Shown here in pieces: positions 25,854-34,182 of a DNA stretch of 35,306 nucleotides; position 1 is the first letter of the stretch, and the number at the start of each line of letters is the position of its first letter. This DNA is from Candidatus Brocadiia bacterium. GTDB lineage: Bacteria; Planctomycetota; Brocadiia; SM23-32. The translations under genes and the position numbers were made by a program. The stretch is from assembly GCA_046483865.1 (NCBI GenBank), contig JAWOCH010000314.1, positions 1 to 35,306 on the forward strand, written 5' to 3'. The notes below the pieces were generated by a model, which made no database searches, was not told the DNA's origin, and was given only the letters and a program-made list of their open reading frames with translations.

Positions 25854-27227
25854 TCACTCCAACCGCCCCCGCCGGAGCGGATCAATCAGTGTGAAGGTGA
25901 TGTCACCGTCCGTCCCCGAAGCTCCGCCGTTGTCAGTGAGATCCCCTCCTATGCTGTATATGACCATGCCCGTCGGCGTACTGCGGTACGAAACGGGTCC
26001 GCCGCTGAAAGGGTCTTGGGGTTCGGCGTCCAGGTACGCGGGCACTAGTTCAGCAACGGACTCAGGCCAACTCCCGTGTCGAAGCCGGTACCTCTCGGCA
26101 GCCACCGCTGCTGCGCCAACTCTCAGCCGCGCTACCACATGCACTCGAGTTGTCACAATTCCGGCAAGTTCCGCCTGCATCCAGGGGGGGCGCCAGTCAC
26201 GGGAAAGCTCGGTAGCCCAAGTGAGCTGCTCCCGCAACGGACGCTTCAACACGCGCAACGCCTCCGCAATAGCCCGAATCTCCTTCGCAAGCCGCATCTT
26301 CCCCACACCGGGAAGCCTTCTCTCCCACCATACACGACGCGCCCACCTGCTCTCCACTGGTGAGGAAAGTGCTTTGGTAAGCTGTTCTATGCGCTCTTGC
26401 GAGCTGGATAGTCCGTGCGGGCCAGCCCAATCTCTGGCGATGCTCCAGAGCGTACTTCGGGGCGAAGTCCAGGCCTCCGCTATCGCTAGGCAGCGTGCCA
26501 GAGCACTAAGCACTTGCGGCTCAAGCTCGGCACGGCCCAACGTTTCCTCCAACAGGGCGAAAGCATCGAACACGCTATTTGTGGTGCCCAGTACGTATGT
26601 GGCCGGCGCCCCTGCGTAAGCCTGACCACAGTTGAGCAGTGCGATAACGCCTTCACCCGTAATGCTCTGCTCAGGCGACGCTTGCTGCGCCAATTCCAGC
26701 CAGCGAATCCGGTAGAAGAGGGGGCCAGCTCCGCGGACAAGGGTCTCCACGAGTGGCCGTACCTCCTCGCCGGCGAATACGTTTTCGCTCCCGTCAGACG
26801 AACCAACACACTCCCCGTAGAACGGCTGGAGCAACAGCCGTAGCACACGATGCTTTTGCCGGTACTCCAGTAGCGCGTGAGCCGCGTCAACCGGAATTGC
26901 ACGCCCAACAGCGCGGAGCCCGGCGGTTTCTGGCACTCTCAGTTCTGATCCGCTCTCTCCCTCCAGCCACGCCATCGCAGCCGCGGCTGCCAGGCGCCTG
27001 CCGGCGTCCACCTCAGTTCCGATGGGCCTCACAGTCCGCCCGTGCTTGGGAGTGAGACGCTCGATCCGCTCACGCGCCTCCTGGAGACGAGAGTCTCCTA
27101 CGTAGCCTAGAACCACTAAGAACACGAGGAGGCATAGAGCGAGGACCGCCAGGACGTAACCGATCCCCGGCACAGCGTAGAGCAGCAGCCGCCGAGTCGC
27201 CCATTTCTGCGTCTTCCTGTCTCCCAC
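25854..27227 (-). CDS. Hypothetical membrane-anchored protein (457 aa) with pseudopilin GspG-like C-terminal motif; candidate Rhs-tip immunity/partner protein
   Basis: GTG start lies 8 nt after a GGAGGA that directly abuts the TAG stop of the Rhs tip (TAGGAGGAAGGGGCTGTG). There is an N-terminal TM helix (LLLYAVPGIGYVLAVLALCLLVFLVVLGYV). The C-terminus reads WPESVAELVPAYLDAEPQDPFSGGPVSYRSTPTGMVIYSIGGDLTDNGG. Confidence 0.65.
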   Translation of the reverse strand: MGDRKTQKWATRRLLLYAVPGIGYVLAVLALCLLVFLVVLGYVGDSRLQEARERIERLTPKHGRTVRPIGTEVDAGRRLAAAAAMAWLEGESGSELRVPETAGLRAVGRAIPVDAAHALLEYRQKHRVLRLLLQPFYGECVGSSDGSENVFAGEEVRPLVETLVRGAGPLFYRIRWLELAQQASPEQSITGEGVIALLNCGQAYAGAPATYVLGTTNSVFDAFALLEETLGRAELEPQVLSALARCLAIAEAWTSPRSTLWSIARDWAGPHGLSSSQERIEQLTKALSSPVESRWARRVWWERRLPGVGKMRLAKEIRAIAEALRVLKRPLREQLTWATELSRDWRPPWMQAELAGIVTTRVHVVARLRVGAAAVAAERYRLRHGSWPESVAELVPAYLDAEPQDPFSGGPVSYRSTPTGMVIYSIGGDLTDNGGASGTDGDITFTLIDPLRRGRLE

Positions 27228-27239
27228 AGCCCCTTCCTC

Positions 27240-27932
27240 CTAGGGATCACAGTCTAGCGGATTCCCCATCATTATCCCCTTAGTGGCGCCTTTGGCAGGC
27301 ATGTTATTATTCTTGCACTCAGCCTCGATGACCCCCACGTCATGCTCTTGCGCTCCAGCACCGATGTTCAAGTTGGTACAACCGGTGAAGGGCCCTGGTA
27401 TTGTTATACTGCTGTCCGGTCTGAAGTTCTTCCAGCCTATCAGTTTCTTCTTTCTGGCCACAGAATTGTTGGTCCACGCCTGAAACGGTCTGCCATCGCA
27501 GCAGCACTGCCAACGAAATGCCCCCTCACCCGCGAACACGCATACAGCCACACCGTGTATGGCCATGCCCAATCCAACGCTTTCAACCCCCACTGCGTGC
27601 AGTCGCCACTGGATATTCGCCCAGATGAGGCGGCAGCCCCTGCTCTTACAGGCTGCCAAGCCCAAGGGGTCTCGGCTGAAACTTGGACGCCCTTTCACGT
27701 ACTGGTACACATTCACGCCATCGGCGTATCGCGCGGGATCGCCGGAGACAAAGCGGCCAACGGTCACTGAGTACTGACGATTGCGGTAGTACATGAGGTC
27801 GGATTCGAGATCGAGGCGTCTCGCGGTGAAGGCGTAGGGGTTCTCTACGTCCGAGACTCCGTCCGAGTCGTCGGAGCCGTCGCCGTCCAGGACGGTGGCG
27901 GCGCCATACGCGTCATGCCGATAGCGTTCCAC
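27240..27932 (-). CDS. RHS-repeat-associated core plus novel C-terminal toxin-like domain (5'-truncated orphan Rhs tip)
   Basis: Rhs core hallmarks: YRHDAYG, NPYAFTARRLDLESDLMYYRNRQY, GRFVSGDP and NVYQYVKGRPSFSRDPLGL. A 138-aa Cys-rich tail follows (27243-27656). The same frame stays open upstream of the GTG as far as 28034 (..DRDGDLADTNEKVWYHSNTLHSVYALTDNSESVV..). No Rhs N-terminal body is present. Confidence 0.8.
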   Translation of the reverse strand: MERYRHDAYGAATVLDGDGSDDSDGVSDVENPYAFTARRLDLESDLMYYRNRQYSVTVGRFVSGDPARYADGVNVYQYVKGRPSFSRDPLGLAACKSRGCRLIWANIQWRLHAVGVESVGLGMAIHGVAVCVFAGEGAFRWQCCCDGRPFQAWTNNSVARKKKLIGWKNFRPDSSITIPGPFTGCTNLNIGAGAQEHDVGVIEAECKNNNMPAKGATKGIMMGNPLDCDP

Positions 27933-27981
27933 GACCGACTCCGAGTTGTCGGTGAGGGCGTATACCGAGTGCAGCGTGTTG

Positions 27982-28551
27982 CTATGATACCATACTTTCT
28001 CGTTCGTGTCGGCCAGATCCCCGTCGCGATCGTGTCAAGAGTGTTGTGTAAAAGGGGGCTGGAGGGCTTCGGCGCGCTGTGCGGCCGTAGCGCTGCTGTT
28101 GTAGCTTCCGCCAGACCAGGTAGGTGGCCCTCTCCAGGCTCCGAGCACTGGGGAAGATGCCCACCTTGCGGATCTTTTTGCTCAGCTCTCCTATGAAGCG
28201 TTCGATGGGGTTGGTGGTCTTCAGCCGCGCCCGTAACTGCGTCGGGGCGTTCAGGTAGGTGAGGGTGTCCTCAAACTCGTAGCTGAATCGCCTGACGGCC
28301 TCCGGCTCGAGCTGCTCCCACCTGCGGGCCCACAGCTTCAGTCGCCGCCGCGCCTGATACGGGGTGCGCAGGCCCTCGTAGATGGCCGCCGCTTCCGAGA
28401 GGATCGCCCCCCGCCGCGAGCGGTCCCGCAGGTGATCGGCGATGTTCTGGACCTTGTGGAAGATGCAGCGCTGTCTGGGCACCCGCGGCTGGACCATCCA
28501 GAGGGCCGCCAGAAGGCCCCCATCCCCATCGGTGACGATCGTCTCCAGCAC
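27982..28551 (-). pseudogene. IS256-family (Mutator-type) transposase, N-terminally truncated remnant
   Basis: TDGDGGLLAAL...QRCIFHKVQNI...TTNPIERFIGELSKKIRKVGIFPS matches the C-terminal half of IS256-family transposases. Upstream homology (..DYLTGRARYVLE) is interrupted by an in-frame TAG and runs into the TolC gene's 3' end by about 28646. About 200 N-terminal residues are missing. The last roughly 18 codons of the ORF-track ORF overlap Rhs-derived sequence. Confidence 0.75.
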
Positions 28552-28646
28552 ATAGCGGGCACGGCCGGTCAGATAATCCTACAGTCTCTGTTGACATTCG
28601 GCGCGGACGGTGCGAAGCTCGACCATCGGGGCGCCTGCCTCAGTCT

Positions 28647-30293
28647 TCAGTTGGCCTCCGGCCGGATCGGTGACCACCTGACGCGGCTCTCGCCCAAGAG
28701 CGCCCCGACGGCAAACGCCAGGTCCACCTGTGCTATCTGGTACTCCGCGACGGCCCGGATCTCGGCCGACTGCGCGTCGGCCAGTCGCGTTTGGGCCTCC
28801 AGCACCTCCGTCGAGGTCCGCAGGCCCAGCTCGAACTGCCGCTCTTCAGCGTCCAGCGTCCTGGCAGCCAGAATCGTGCCCTGCCGGCTGGCCAGTATCC
28901 GCTGCCAGGTGGCGTCGAGCTGGTCTGCGGCGTCGGCCACCTCCTGCTGGATCTGGGCGCTTCGCCGGGCCTGACTGGCCAGACGCTGCAGACGCGTGAA
29001 CACGGCCCGCCGCAGGCGGCTTCTGGCCAGCCGGTTGCCCAGCGGCACCGACAGGCTCAGGCCAACCTGATGGCTGTCGAACTCGCAGTCGCACATCAGG
29101 TCGAACGCGTCGCCGGGCGTATCCCCCAGCCCGGAGATGCCGTAGGTGTAATCAACAGCCACCAGTGGCAGTGTCTGGTTGCGCGCGAACGCCTCCGCGC
29201 TCTGGTCGGCGGCAATCTGCAGCTCCAGCTCCAGCATCTCCATCCGGTTGGTCAGGGCGAACTCCGTAAGCCGTTCGACATCCAGATGGTAGCGGACGGG
29301 ATCGGGCTCGGTGACCGGGATGACCTGCGTCGTTCCCCCGATCGAGAGGCCGGGCCGGTTCAGCACGCGTTTCAGTTCGCGCTCCCGGTCGCGCACGCGG
29401 TTATCGGCAATGATGATGCCCTCCAGGCGCTCGGCCACGCCGGCCTCGGCGCGGATCACCTCCACCTCCGCCGCCTCTCCGACATCGGCGCGTCTGCGGG
29501 CCCGGCCAAGTTGCGCGACAGCCAGGTCGTACTCGTTCTTGCGCACCTCCAGTTCGCGCCGTGCCGCATACAGCCGCCAGTAGACCCGTTCGACCGCAGC
29601 CAGCACGCGTATGACCTCGAGCTTCGTGCGGGCTTCGACCTGCTGAGTCTCGTAGCGGGCGATGCGGATCAGGTGCGTGTTCGTGCGGACGCCGGCGTCG
29701 CGCAGCAGAGGCTGGCTGATGGAGGCGGTCATGCTCGAGCCGTACGACGGGTTCAGCGTGGAGAAAGGGTCGCTGGTCTCCAGGCGATTGGCCGCGAGGT
29801 CGAAGACCACGTCGCCCCCCGTGCGCAACGGGATCCGCACCCCCAGGTCTCCCCTGTAGGACTTGCTTTCGGCGGCGCTCAGTTCGGTGGCCGTCGGCTG
29901 CTCGACTCGTGCGTAGGCTGCGTTGCCGAACAGGGCGGGCTCGAATCCAGCCTCGGCCTCGTTGACCGACTCGGCGGCGATCGCGGGGGCGCGGAGTTGG
30001 ACGTCCAGGTCCAGGTTGTGTCGTAACGCGCCAGCGCGGCACTCTTCCAGGGCAAGTTCCAGTCGCTCAGGCGGCTCCCCCGGGCCGGGGCGCGGCTCCG
30101 CTGGTTCCGGCGCGTCCGGTTCAGCCATGTCCTGCAGATCCACGGCGTCAATCTCCCGCAGCCGGCTCTCAGGGACCCGGAGCGTCATGAATCGGTCTTC
30201 ACTGAAGTAGCGGCGGCACCCGAGAGAGAGGCCAACGGCGAGAATGGGCAGCAGGACTGCAGCCGGGATGCGCTGCCAGGAGGATCTACTCAT
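28647..30293 (-). CDS. TolC-family outer-membrane efflux lipoprotein
   Basis: Lipobox LSLGC follows a signal peptide. The body has the long coiled-coil/beta-barrel repeat character typical of TolC/NodT proteins. ATG 30293 overlaps the permease stop by 8 nt; TTG 30308 is the ORF-track alternative. Confidence 0.8.
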   Translation of the reverse strand: MSRSSWQRIPAAVLLPILAVGLSLGCRRYFSEDRFMTLRVPESRLREIDAVDLQDMAEPDAPEPAEPRPGPGEPPERLELALEECRAGALRHNLDLDVQLRAPAIAAESVNEAEAGFEPALFGNAAYARVEQPTATELSAAESKSYRGDLGVRIPLRTGGDVVFDLAANRLETSDPFSTLNPSYGSSMTASISQPLLRDAGVRTNTHLIRIARYETQQVEARTKLEVIRVLAAVERVYWRLYAARRELEVRKNEYDLAVAQLGRARRRADVGEAAEVEVIRAEAGVAERLEGIIIADNRVRDRERELKRVLNRPGLSIGGTTQVIPVTEPDPVRYHLDVERLTEFALTNRMEMLELELQIAADQSAEAFARNQTLPLVAVDYTYGISGLGDTPGDAFDLMCDCEFDSHQVGLSLSVPLGNRLARSRLRRAVFTRLQRLASQARRSAQIQQEVADAADQLDATWQRILASRQGTILAARTLDAEERQFELGLRTSTEVLEAQTRLADAQSAEIRAVAEYQIAQVDLAFAVGALLGESRVRWSPIRPEAN

Positions 30294-31557
30294 GCCTGAG
30301 GGCCTCAATGGGGTCGAGCCGAGCTGCCTTGATGGCGGGGAACATCCCGAAGAAGATTCCCACGAATGCGGCGAAGCTGAACGAGACTGCGATGGCCCAG
30401 AGCGGGATGCTGGCCTTGTCCAGTTGGGCGTTCGGAATCTGAGCGATGGCCGAGGTCAGGAGCTGAGCGGCCACCACCCCGCCGGCACCCCCGACGAGGC
30501 ACAGTACGACGGCCTCGACCAGGAACTGCAGCAGGACGGCCGACGGACGGGCGCCCACGGCTTTGCGCAGGCCGATCTCACGTGTGCGTTCGGCCACCGA
30601 CACAAGCATGATGTTCATTATGCCGACGCCCCCGACCAGCAGGGAGATGCCCACAATGCCACCTGCGACGATGGTGATGGCGAGGGCCACCTTGTTGAAG
30701 TCAGCAAGGTGCTTCGCCATGGTCTCGACGCCGAAGTCGTTTGGTTCTCCAGGTTCCAGTCCCCGCGCACGGCGCAGGAAGAAGGTCAACTCAGCCTGGG
30801 CCTCGTCCGCCAGTTCGGTCTTCCGGCTGGCAGCGATGACCCACGTACCACCCCAGCGCTCGTTCGCTCGCCACGCCGTCGTGAAGGGAATGAACACCTC
30901 CAGCTTCTCCCGCCCGGTACCCGGGAAGGTCTCGGGCTCGTCCGGCTCTTCGATGACGCCGACGATGCGATGGGAGCGCCTGCCGAGGCGGAGGTACTCG
31001 CCGACGCAGTCACGGTCCAGGCGCAGCTCGTCGCGCAGCTTGGAGTCCACCACGCACACGGGGCGGGCCTGGGCGATGTCTATGGCCGTGAACGGCCGCC
31101 CTGTCTCCACCGGCCGGTTCTCGATGTCGTGCCAGGCCGGATCTATGCCAAGGACCTGGACGTCTGCGACCGAACGCTGACCCGACTGCACTGACCGCGG
31201 CAGACCGGTCACGCGGGTGATCTTGTCAATGGAGGGGCAATGCTGCAGCACGCCTTCCAGCAAACCGGGGGTGAAGCGGAGCTGCTGCCAGGGGTACTCG
31301 CTGTCGTCCCGACCTTCGGGCACTTCGGGATAGGCGTACAGCTTGTTCGTGCCGAAGGCCTCAAACTGGGACAGCACGTTCTGTCGCAGGCCCGTGAGCA
31401 CGGCGATGACAGCAGTGACGGAGGCGACTCCAATGAAGATGCCGATGGTGGTCAGCATGGCCCGGGCCTTGTTGCTCCAGATCTGTGCCAGCGCCAGCCA
31501 GACGCTCAACCAGAGCAGGCGCAGGAAAACGATCGGGAATCGGAGCAGACGGATCAC
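30286..31557 (-). CDS. ABC transporter permease, FtsX/MacB-type
   Basis: N-terminal NKARAMLTTIGIFIGVASV, a large periplasmic domain, and a C-terminal FtsX motif VAERTREIGLRKAVGAR. The GTG start overlaps the ATPase stop (GTGA) and lies 5-6 nt after GGGAGCG. The ORF-track start at 31992 is a spurious extension. Confidence 0.8.
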   Translation of the reverse strand: MIRLLRFPIVFLRLLWLSVWLALAQIWSNKARAMLTTIGIFIGVASVTAVIAVLTGLRQNVLSQFEAFGTNKLYAYPEVPEGRDDSEYPWQQLRFTPGLLEGVLQHCPSIDKITRVTGLPRSVQSGQRSVADVQVLGIDPAWHDIENRPVETGRPFTAIDIAQARPVCVVDSKLRDELRLDRDCVGEYLRLGRRSHRIVGVIEEPDEPETFPGTGREKLEVFIPFTTAWRANERWGGTWVIAASRKTELADEAQAELTFFLRRARGLEPGEPNDFGVETMAKHLADFNKVALAITIVAGGIVGISLLVGGVGIMNIMLVSVAERTREIGLRKAVGARPSAVLLQFLVEAVVLCLVGGAGGVVAAQLLTSAIAQIPNAQLDKASIPLWAIAVSFSFAAFVGIFFGMFPAIKAARLDPIEALRHE

Positions 31558-32336
31558 GGCTTCGCTCCCGCTTGCTGGGTGCCGTCGGACTGGGCGAGCC
31601 CGCCGTGGGAGGTGTTGGGCGGCTGCTGCGCGATGCGGGCCTGCAGACCCCGGTCCTCCTTGGCTGGCAGGTCGGAGTAGATACGGCCGTCCTTCAGCCG
31701 GACGATGCGGCGGGCGTGGGTGGCGACGTTGGCCTCGTGGGTCACCATGATGACCGTCTGGCCGTCGCGGTGCAGCTCGTCGAACAGGGCCAGGATGCCG
31801 GCGCTTGTCGTGCTGTCCAGGTTGCCAGTCGGCTCGTCGGCCAGCAGAATGGCCGGGTTGTTGACCAGAGCCCTCGCGATGGCTACGCGCTGTTTCTCTC
31901 CTCCCGACAACTGGTTGGGGCGATGCCCGGCTCGGTCGGCCAGCCCCACGCGTTCCAGAACCGCGCGGCTGCGTTTTCGCCGGCCCCACCATCCCGCGCC
32001 GGCATAGATGAGCGGCAGCGCCACGTTTCTCGCCGCGTTCAGGCGGGGCAGCAGCTCGAAGGACTGGAAAACCACGCCCACCCGCCGGTTGCGCACCCGC
32101 GCCAGCGCGCCGGCACCCATCTTTGTGGTGTTCGTCCCGTCCAAATAGTAGACACCGGCGGTCGGCCGGTCCAAACAGCCGAGCACGTTCATGAATGTGC
32201 TCTTGCCCGAGCCCGAGGGCCCCATGACTGCAACATACTCGTTCTCGTCCACCTGCAGCGATACGCCGTCCAGCGCGTGGATGCGCTCCACACCCATTTT
32301 GTACACGCGCTCAACGTCCTGGAGTTCGATCAGCAT
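31554..32336 (-). CDS. ABC transporter ATP-binding protein (MacB/LolD-like)
   Basis: Walker A GPSGSGKST, signature LSGGEKQRVAIARAL, Walker B ILLADEPTGNLD. Start at ATG 32336 (MLIELQDV...); GTG 32342 is an alternative. Confidence 0.85.
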   Translation of the reverse strand: MLIELQDVERVYKMGVERIHALDGVSLQVDENEYVAVMGPSGSGKSTFMNVLGCLDRPTAGVYYLDGTNTTKMGAGALARVRNRRVGVVFQSFELLPRLNAARNVALPLIYAGAGWWGRRKRSRAVLERVGLADRAGHRPNQLSGGEKQRVAIARALVNNPAILLADEPTGNLDSTTSAGILALFDELHRDGQTVIMVTHEANVATHARRIVRLKDGRIYSDLPAKEDRGLQARIAQQPPNTSHGGLAQSDGTQQAGAKP

Positions 32337-32358
32337 GTCCACCAGATGTCTCGACGGA

Positions 32359-33723
32359 TCACGGTTCAGTGGCCTGCTGCAGGTCGGTCTCGGCACCCCT
32401 GGTCTTCTCGCGCTCGGCCTCGCGCTCATCGCGCACTTTCTGCTCGTGCTTGAGGCCCTCCAGCACTTTGTAGGGGCCGACTATGATGTGGTCAGTCTCG
32501 GTGATGCCCCCCAGCACGACAGTGTGCGTCTCGTCGCTCGGTCCGACATCCACAGGGGTCACCACCGCTTTGCCGTCCATGATCCGGTAGACGACCGTCG
32601 TGTAGGTCTTGTCGGCGTCCAGGTTGGGGTTGTTTTCGCGGATCTTGAGAGGCACTTCATCCACCCGGCGCGCCAGGATGGCCTGGGTGGGCAGCCTGAG
32701 CACGTCGCGATGGTAGCGTGTTTCGATCTCCGCCTCCGCGGTGGATGCGCAGGGCACGCGGCGGCCGTCCAGCTTCAGCAGGATCTCGGTCTCGTAGTAC
32801 CTGCCGCCCTGCTGCGCCACGTCCGCACTCAAGGCTATGGTGTCCACGGTCCCCTCGAACTCCTCATCGGGACAGGCGTGGATCTTGCCCTGCACTCGCT
32901 GTCCGACCTCGATCCGCCCGACGTCCCTCTCGTGCACCTCGGCCACCAGGAGCATCTTCGACAGGTCGGCCACCTCGATGATGACCGTGCCCGGGTTGTT
33001 CATGGTCCCGGGTATGACCGTCTCCCCCACCTCGGCGTGGACGCGGGTAACCACTCCGGCGAGGGGCGAAGCGATTGTCGTGTAGCTGAGGGCGTCCCTG
33101 GCGCGCTCGACTTCGGCCTCCGCCGCCTCCAGGTTGGACTCCAGCACTTCCAGGTTCAGTTCAGAGGCGCGCAGTGTTCGCCGGGCGGATTCGAGCCGGG
33201 CCTCCAGCTCCTTCACACGGCTCTCCACCAGGTCCACGTCCGCCTGGCTGACGTCGGCCGATTCCAGCAGCGTTCGCTTACGCTGCAGGTCCCTTCGGGC
33301 CTGGATCAGCGTTGCCCGGGTTCCCTCGATAGCCGCGCGCTGGCCGGCCAGCCTGGCCTGTTCCACCTCTATCTGGGCGGCCCGTGCCGCCCTGTGCGCC
33401 TCCGCCGAGCGCAAGGCGGCCCGCAGGTCGGTTGCGTCGAGTTCGACCAGGACGGAGCCCCTGGACACCTCGTCGCCCTGGTCGTAAGGTAATTCGTCGA
33501 TCCGCGCGGAGACCCGCGCGCTGATCTCCACCTTCGTCTTCGGTTCCACTTCCCCTTCGGCGCTGACGGTCTCGGTCAGGTCGCCCCGCTCGGGCCTGGC
33601 GACGCGGACGAGTTGCGGTTCCGACTTCCTGAGGCCGCCCCTGGACACGAACCACAGCCCCACGCCGGCAATGGAAACAGCGGTCACGATGAACGTCACC
33701 ACGGCGGTTACCAGGACTCTCAA
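32359..33723 (-). CDS. HlyD/MacA-family periplasmic adaptor (membrane fusion protein)
   Basis: N-terminal TM, a lipoyl-like domain (GEVEPKTKVEISARVSARIDEL...GDEVSRGSVLVELD), a long coiled coil and a beta-barrel domain. TTG start lies 5 nt after GGGAGGGAGGGG. Confidence 0.8.
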   Translation of the reverse strand: MRVLVTAVVTFIVTAVSIAGVGLWFVSRGGLRKSEPQLVRVARPERGDLTETVSAEGEVEPKTKVEISARVSARIDELPYDQGDEVSRGSVLVELDATDLRAALRSAEAHRAARAAQIEVEQARLAGQRAAIEGTRATLIQARRDLQRKRTLLESADVSQADVDLVESRVKELEARLESARRTLRASELNLEVLESNLEAAEAEVERARDALSYTTIASPLAGVVTRVHAEVGETVIPGTMNNPGTVIIEVADLSKMLLVAEVHERDVGRIEVGQRVQGKIHACPDEEFEGTVDTIALSADVAQQGGRYYETEILLKLDGRRVPCASTAEAEIETRYHRDVLRLPTQAILARRVDEVPLKIRENNPNLDADKTYTTVVYRIMDGKAVVTPVDVGPSDETHTVVLGGITETDHIIVGPYKVLEGLKHEQKVRDEREAEREKTRGAETDLQQATEP

Positions 33724-34182
33724 ACGCCCCTCCCTCCCGGCCGCGAGACAAACTCAGGCCACCCACGGCCATTCCTCTGCCGCGTGCGGGCTCCAGACAG
33801 CCCCGCTGGCGCTCGCCGCAGTTCCTATGTACGGCTTGATGCGGCGTTCAATGGCCAGTCGCGCACGCGACGTTAGCGGCTCCTGCCGGGCGGCCGGCTG
33901 CACCGGCGCCGCCGCGCAGAACCGCGCCCGCCGGGCAAGCTCCCGGCGCGGTTGAACACTGCTGCGGATCTGGCGTTGATCGCCGGTGGCGGGGGGCCTC
34001 CACGCAGCCCGAGGCTACCCGGGTCAAGCCAGTCCGAGCGCGGCGGGTGCCAGCCTCGAGCCCGCCGCTCCCCGCCCACGGCACGCATGAGATACTCCGA
34101 TTCGCAGCCACTGTCAAGGGGCTCCCCCCGGTCCACCCGCACGCCCCGGCCAACTGCGCGTCTCGGCTCCGCAGCATCCCAT

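Noticed and set aside
25619-25885. An 88-aa minus-strand ORF overlapping tRNA-Ala.
   Set aside because: Its C-terminal half is simply the antisense of the tRNA, so it is not a gene. Only its N-terminal YD-repeat-like stretch is kept, as a weak note under the islet finding.
24895-26619. A 574-aa plus-strand ORF spanning the ferritin-like gene, tRNA-Ala and the 457-aa gene.
   Set aside because: It runs straight through a bona fide tRNA and two opposite-strand genes. It is low-complexity and has no RBS, so it is spurious.
33920-33953. An imperfect GC hairpin (AACCGCGCC...GGCGCGGTT with an inner CCGGG/CCCGG) between the secretin gene and the efflux operon. A similar weak hairpin plus TTT lies after the GOGAT cluster at 21331-21350.
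   Set aside because: There is no U-tract on the relevant strand (33920), or the stem is very short and bulged (21331). In 65% GC DNA such hairpins arise readily, so a terminator function is not supportable from sequence alone.
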